Source: Gemmatimonadales bacterium (GTDB taxonomy: Bacteria; Gemmatimonadota; Gemmatimonadetes; Gemmatimonadales; GWC2-71-9). From it: a stretch of 64,000 nt of DNA. The stretch spans positions 2,271-66,270 of the forward strand of contig DATMAW010000161.1 of NCBI GenBank assembly GCA_035559715.1. The letters are read 5' to 3'. The notes under the pieces were generated by a model that was not told the origin of the DNA, ran no database searches, and saw nothing but the letters and a program-made list of their open reading frames with translations. Shown here piece after piece: positions 63,986-64,000 of the stretch (positions are counted from its first letter, which is position 1; each line of letters begins with the position of its first letter). The translations under genes and the position numbers were made by a program.

Positions 63986-64000
63986 AATGGACCTGCTTCT

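Noticed and set aside
1-64000. Looked for CRISPR arrays, tRNA/rRNA genes, IS elements, integrases, reverse transcriptases, toxin-antitoxin pairs or known defence-system genes.
   Set aside because: None was recognisable by eye on either strand. The only repeats found are the 51-nt element, the tetR operator duplication and the TTGACGCGGAG tandem. A proper tRNAscan, Infernal or defence-finder run would be needed to exclude small features definitively.

Overview
Visibly GC-rich bacterial chromosomal DNA (roughly two-thirds G+C by eye, not computed). It is densely coding: I support about 50 protein genes. I found no rRNA, tRNA, CRISPR array, transposase, integrase or phage genes. TolC, Omp85-type, DUF5916-type and other C-terminal-Phe barrel proteins indicate a diderm. 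The mix of exported hydrolases, Hanks kinases, FHA and sigma-54 machinery suggests a soil lineage of the Gemmatimonadota or Acidobacteriota type; that placement is inference only. High GC produces many long Arg/Pro/Gly-rich antisense or off-frame ORFs in the supplied track, which I treat as artefacts. Several listed ORFs also carry spurious N-terminal extensions; I re-called those starts using ATGA/GTGA stop-start overlaps, Shine-Dalgarno sequences and signal peptides.

Main blocks, left to right:
- Edge-truncated ggt (absent from the track), an FHA-trypsin-like protease fusion, a Plug-like lipoprotein, DinB and a PAP-like phosphoesterase.
- Polytopic Ser/Thr kinase 1 followed by two convergent TLC (ATP/ADP-translocase-like) transporters, one with a HEAT-repeat tail.
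- A fully translationally coupled tetR-tolC-hlyD-ATPase x2-ABC2 permease x2 efflux operon with a tandem palindromic operator.
- Assorted exported hydrolases, a DUF305 plus LVIVD propeller pair, an ABC exporter, beta-carbonic anhydrase, a DUF5916 outer-membrane protein, dodecin, amidohydrolase, amidase and a Cache-HAMP-GGDEF protein.
- DAACS symporter and galM, convergent with kinase 2, an SSF symporter and a 952-aa glycosidase-like gene.
- A sigma-54 block: a pseudo-receiver EBP with a lipoprotein and a TPR protein, divergent from a good sigma-54 promoter that drives an HD-GYP-like gene, a COG1033 RND exporter, a LolA-like protein and an outer-membrane barrel.
- An Omp85 barrel with an unusual N-terminal domain, YdeI, a cyclase-family protein, and korAB plus a coupled unknown ORF.

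Most interesting observations:
- A 51-nt intergenic element occurs in three copies. The two direct copies bracket the 9.4-kb sigma-54/RND block.
- The sigma-54 / HD-GYP / RND-LolA-barrel module itself.
- Two paralogous kinases with an N-terminal 6-TM domain, each sitting directly upstream of a transporter.
- The TLC transporter pair.
- Two decayed gene remnants (an FtsX tail and a cupin).

I cannot claim a clearly novel defence or mobile system from sequence alone.
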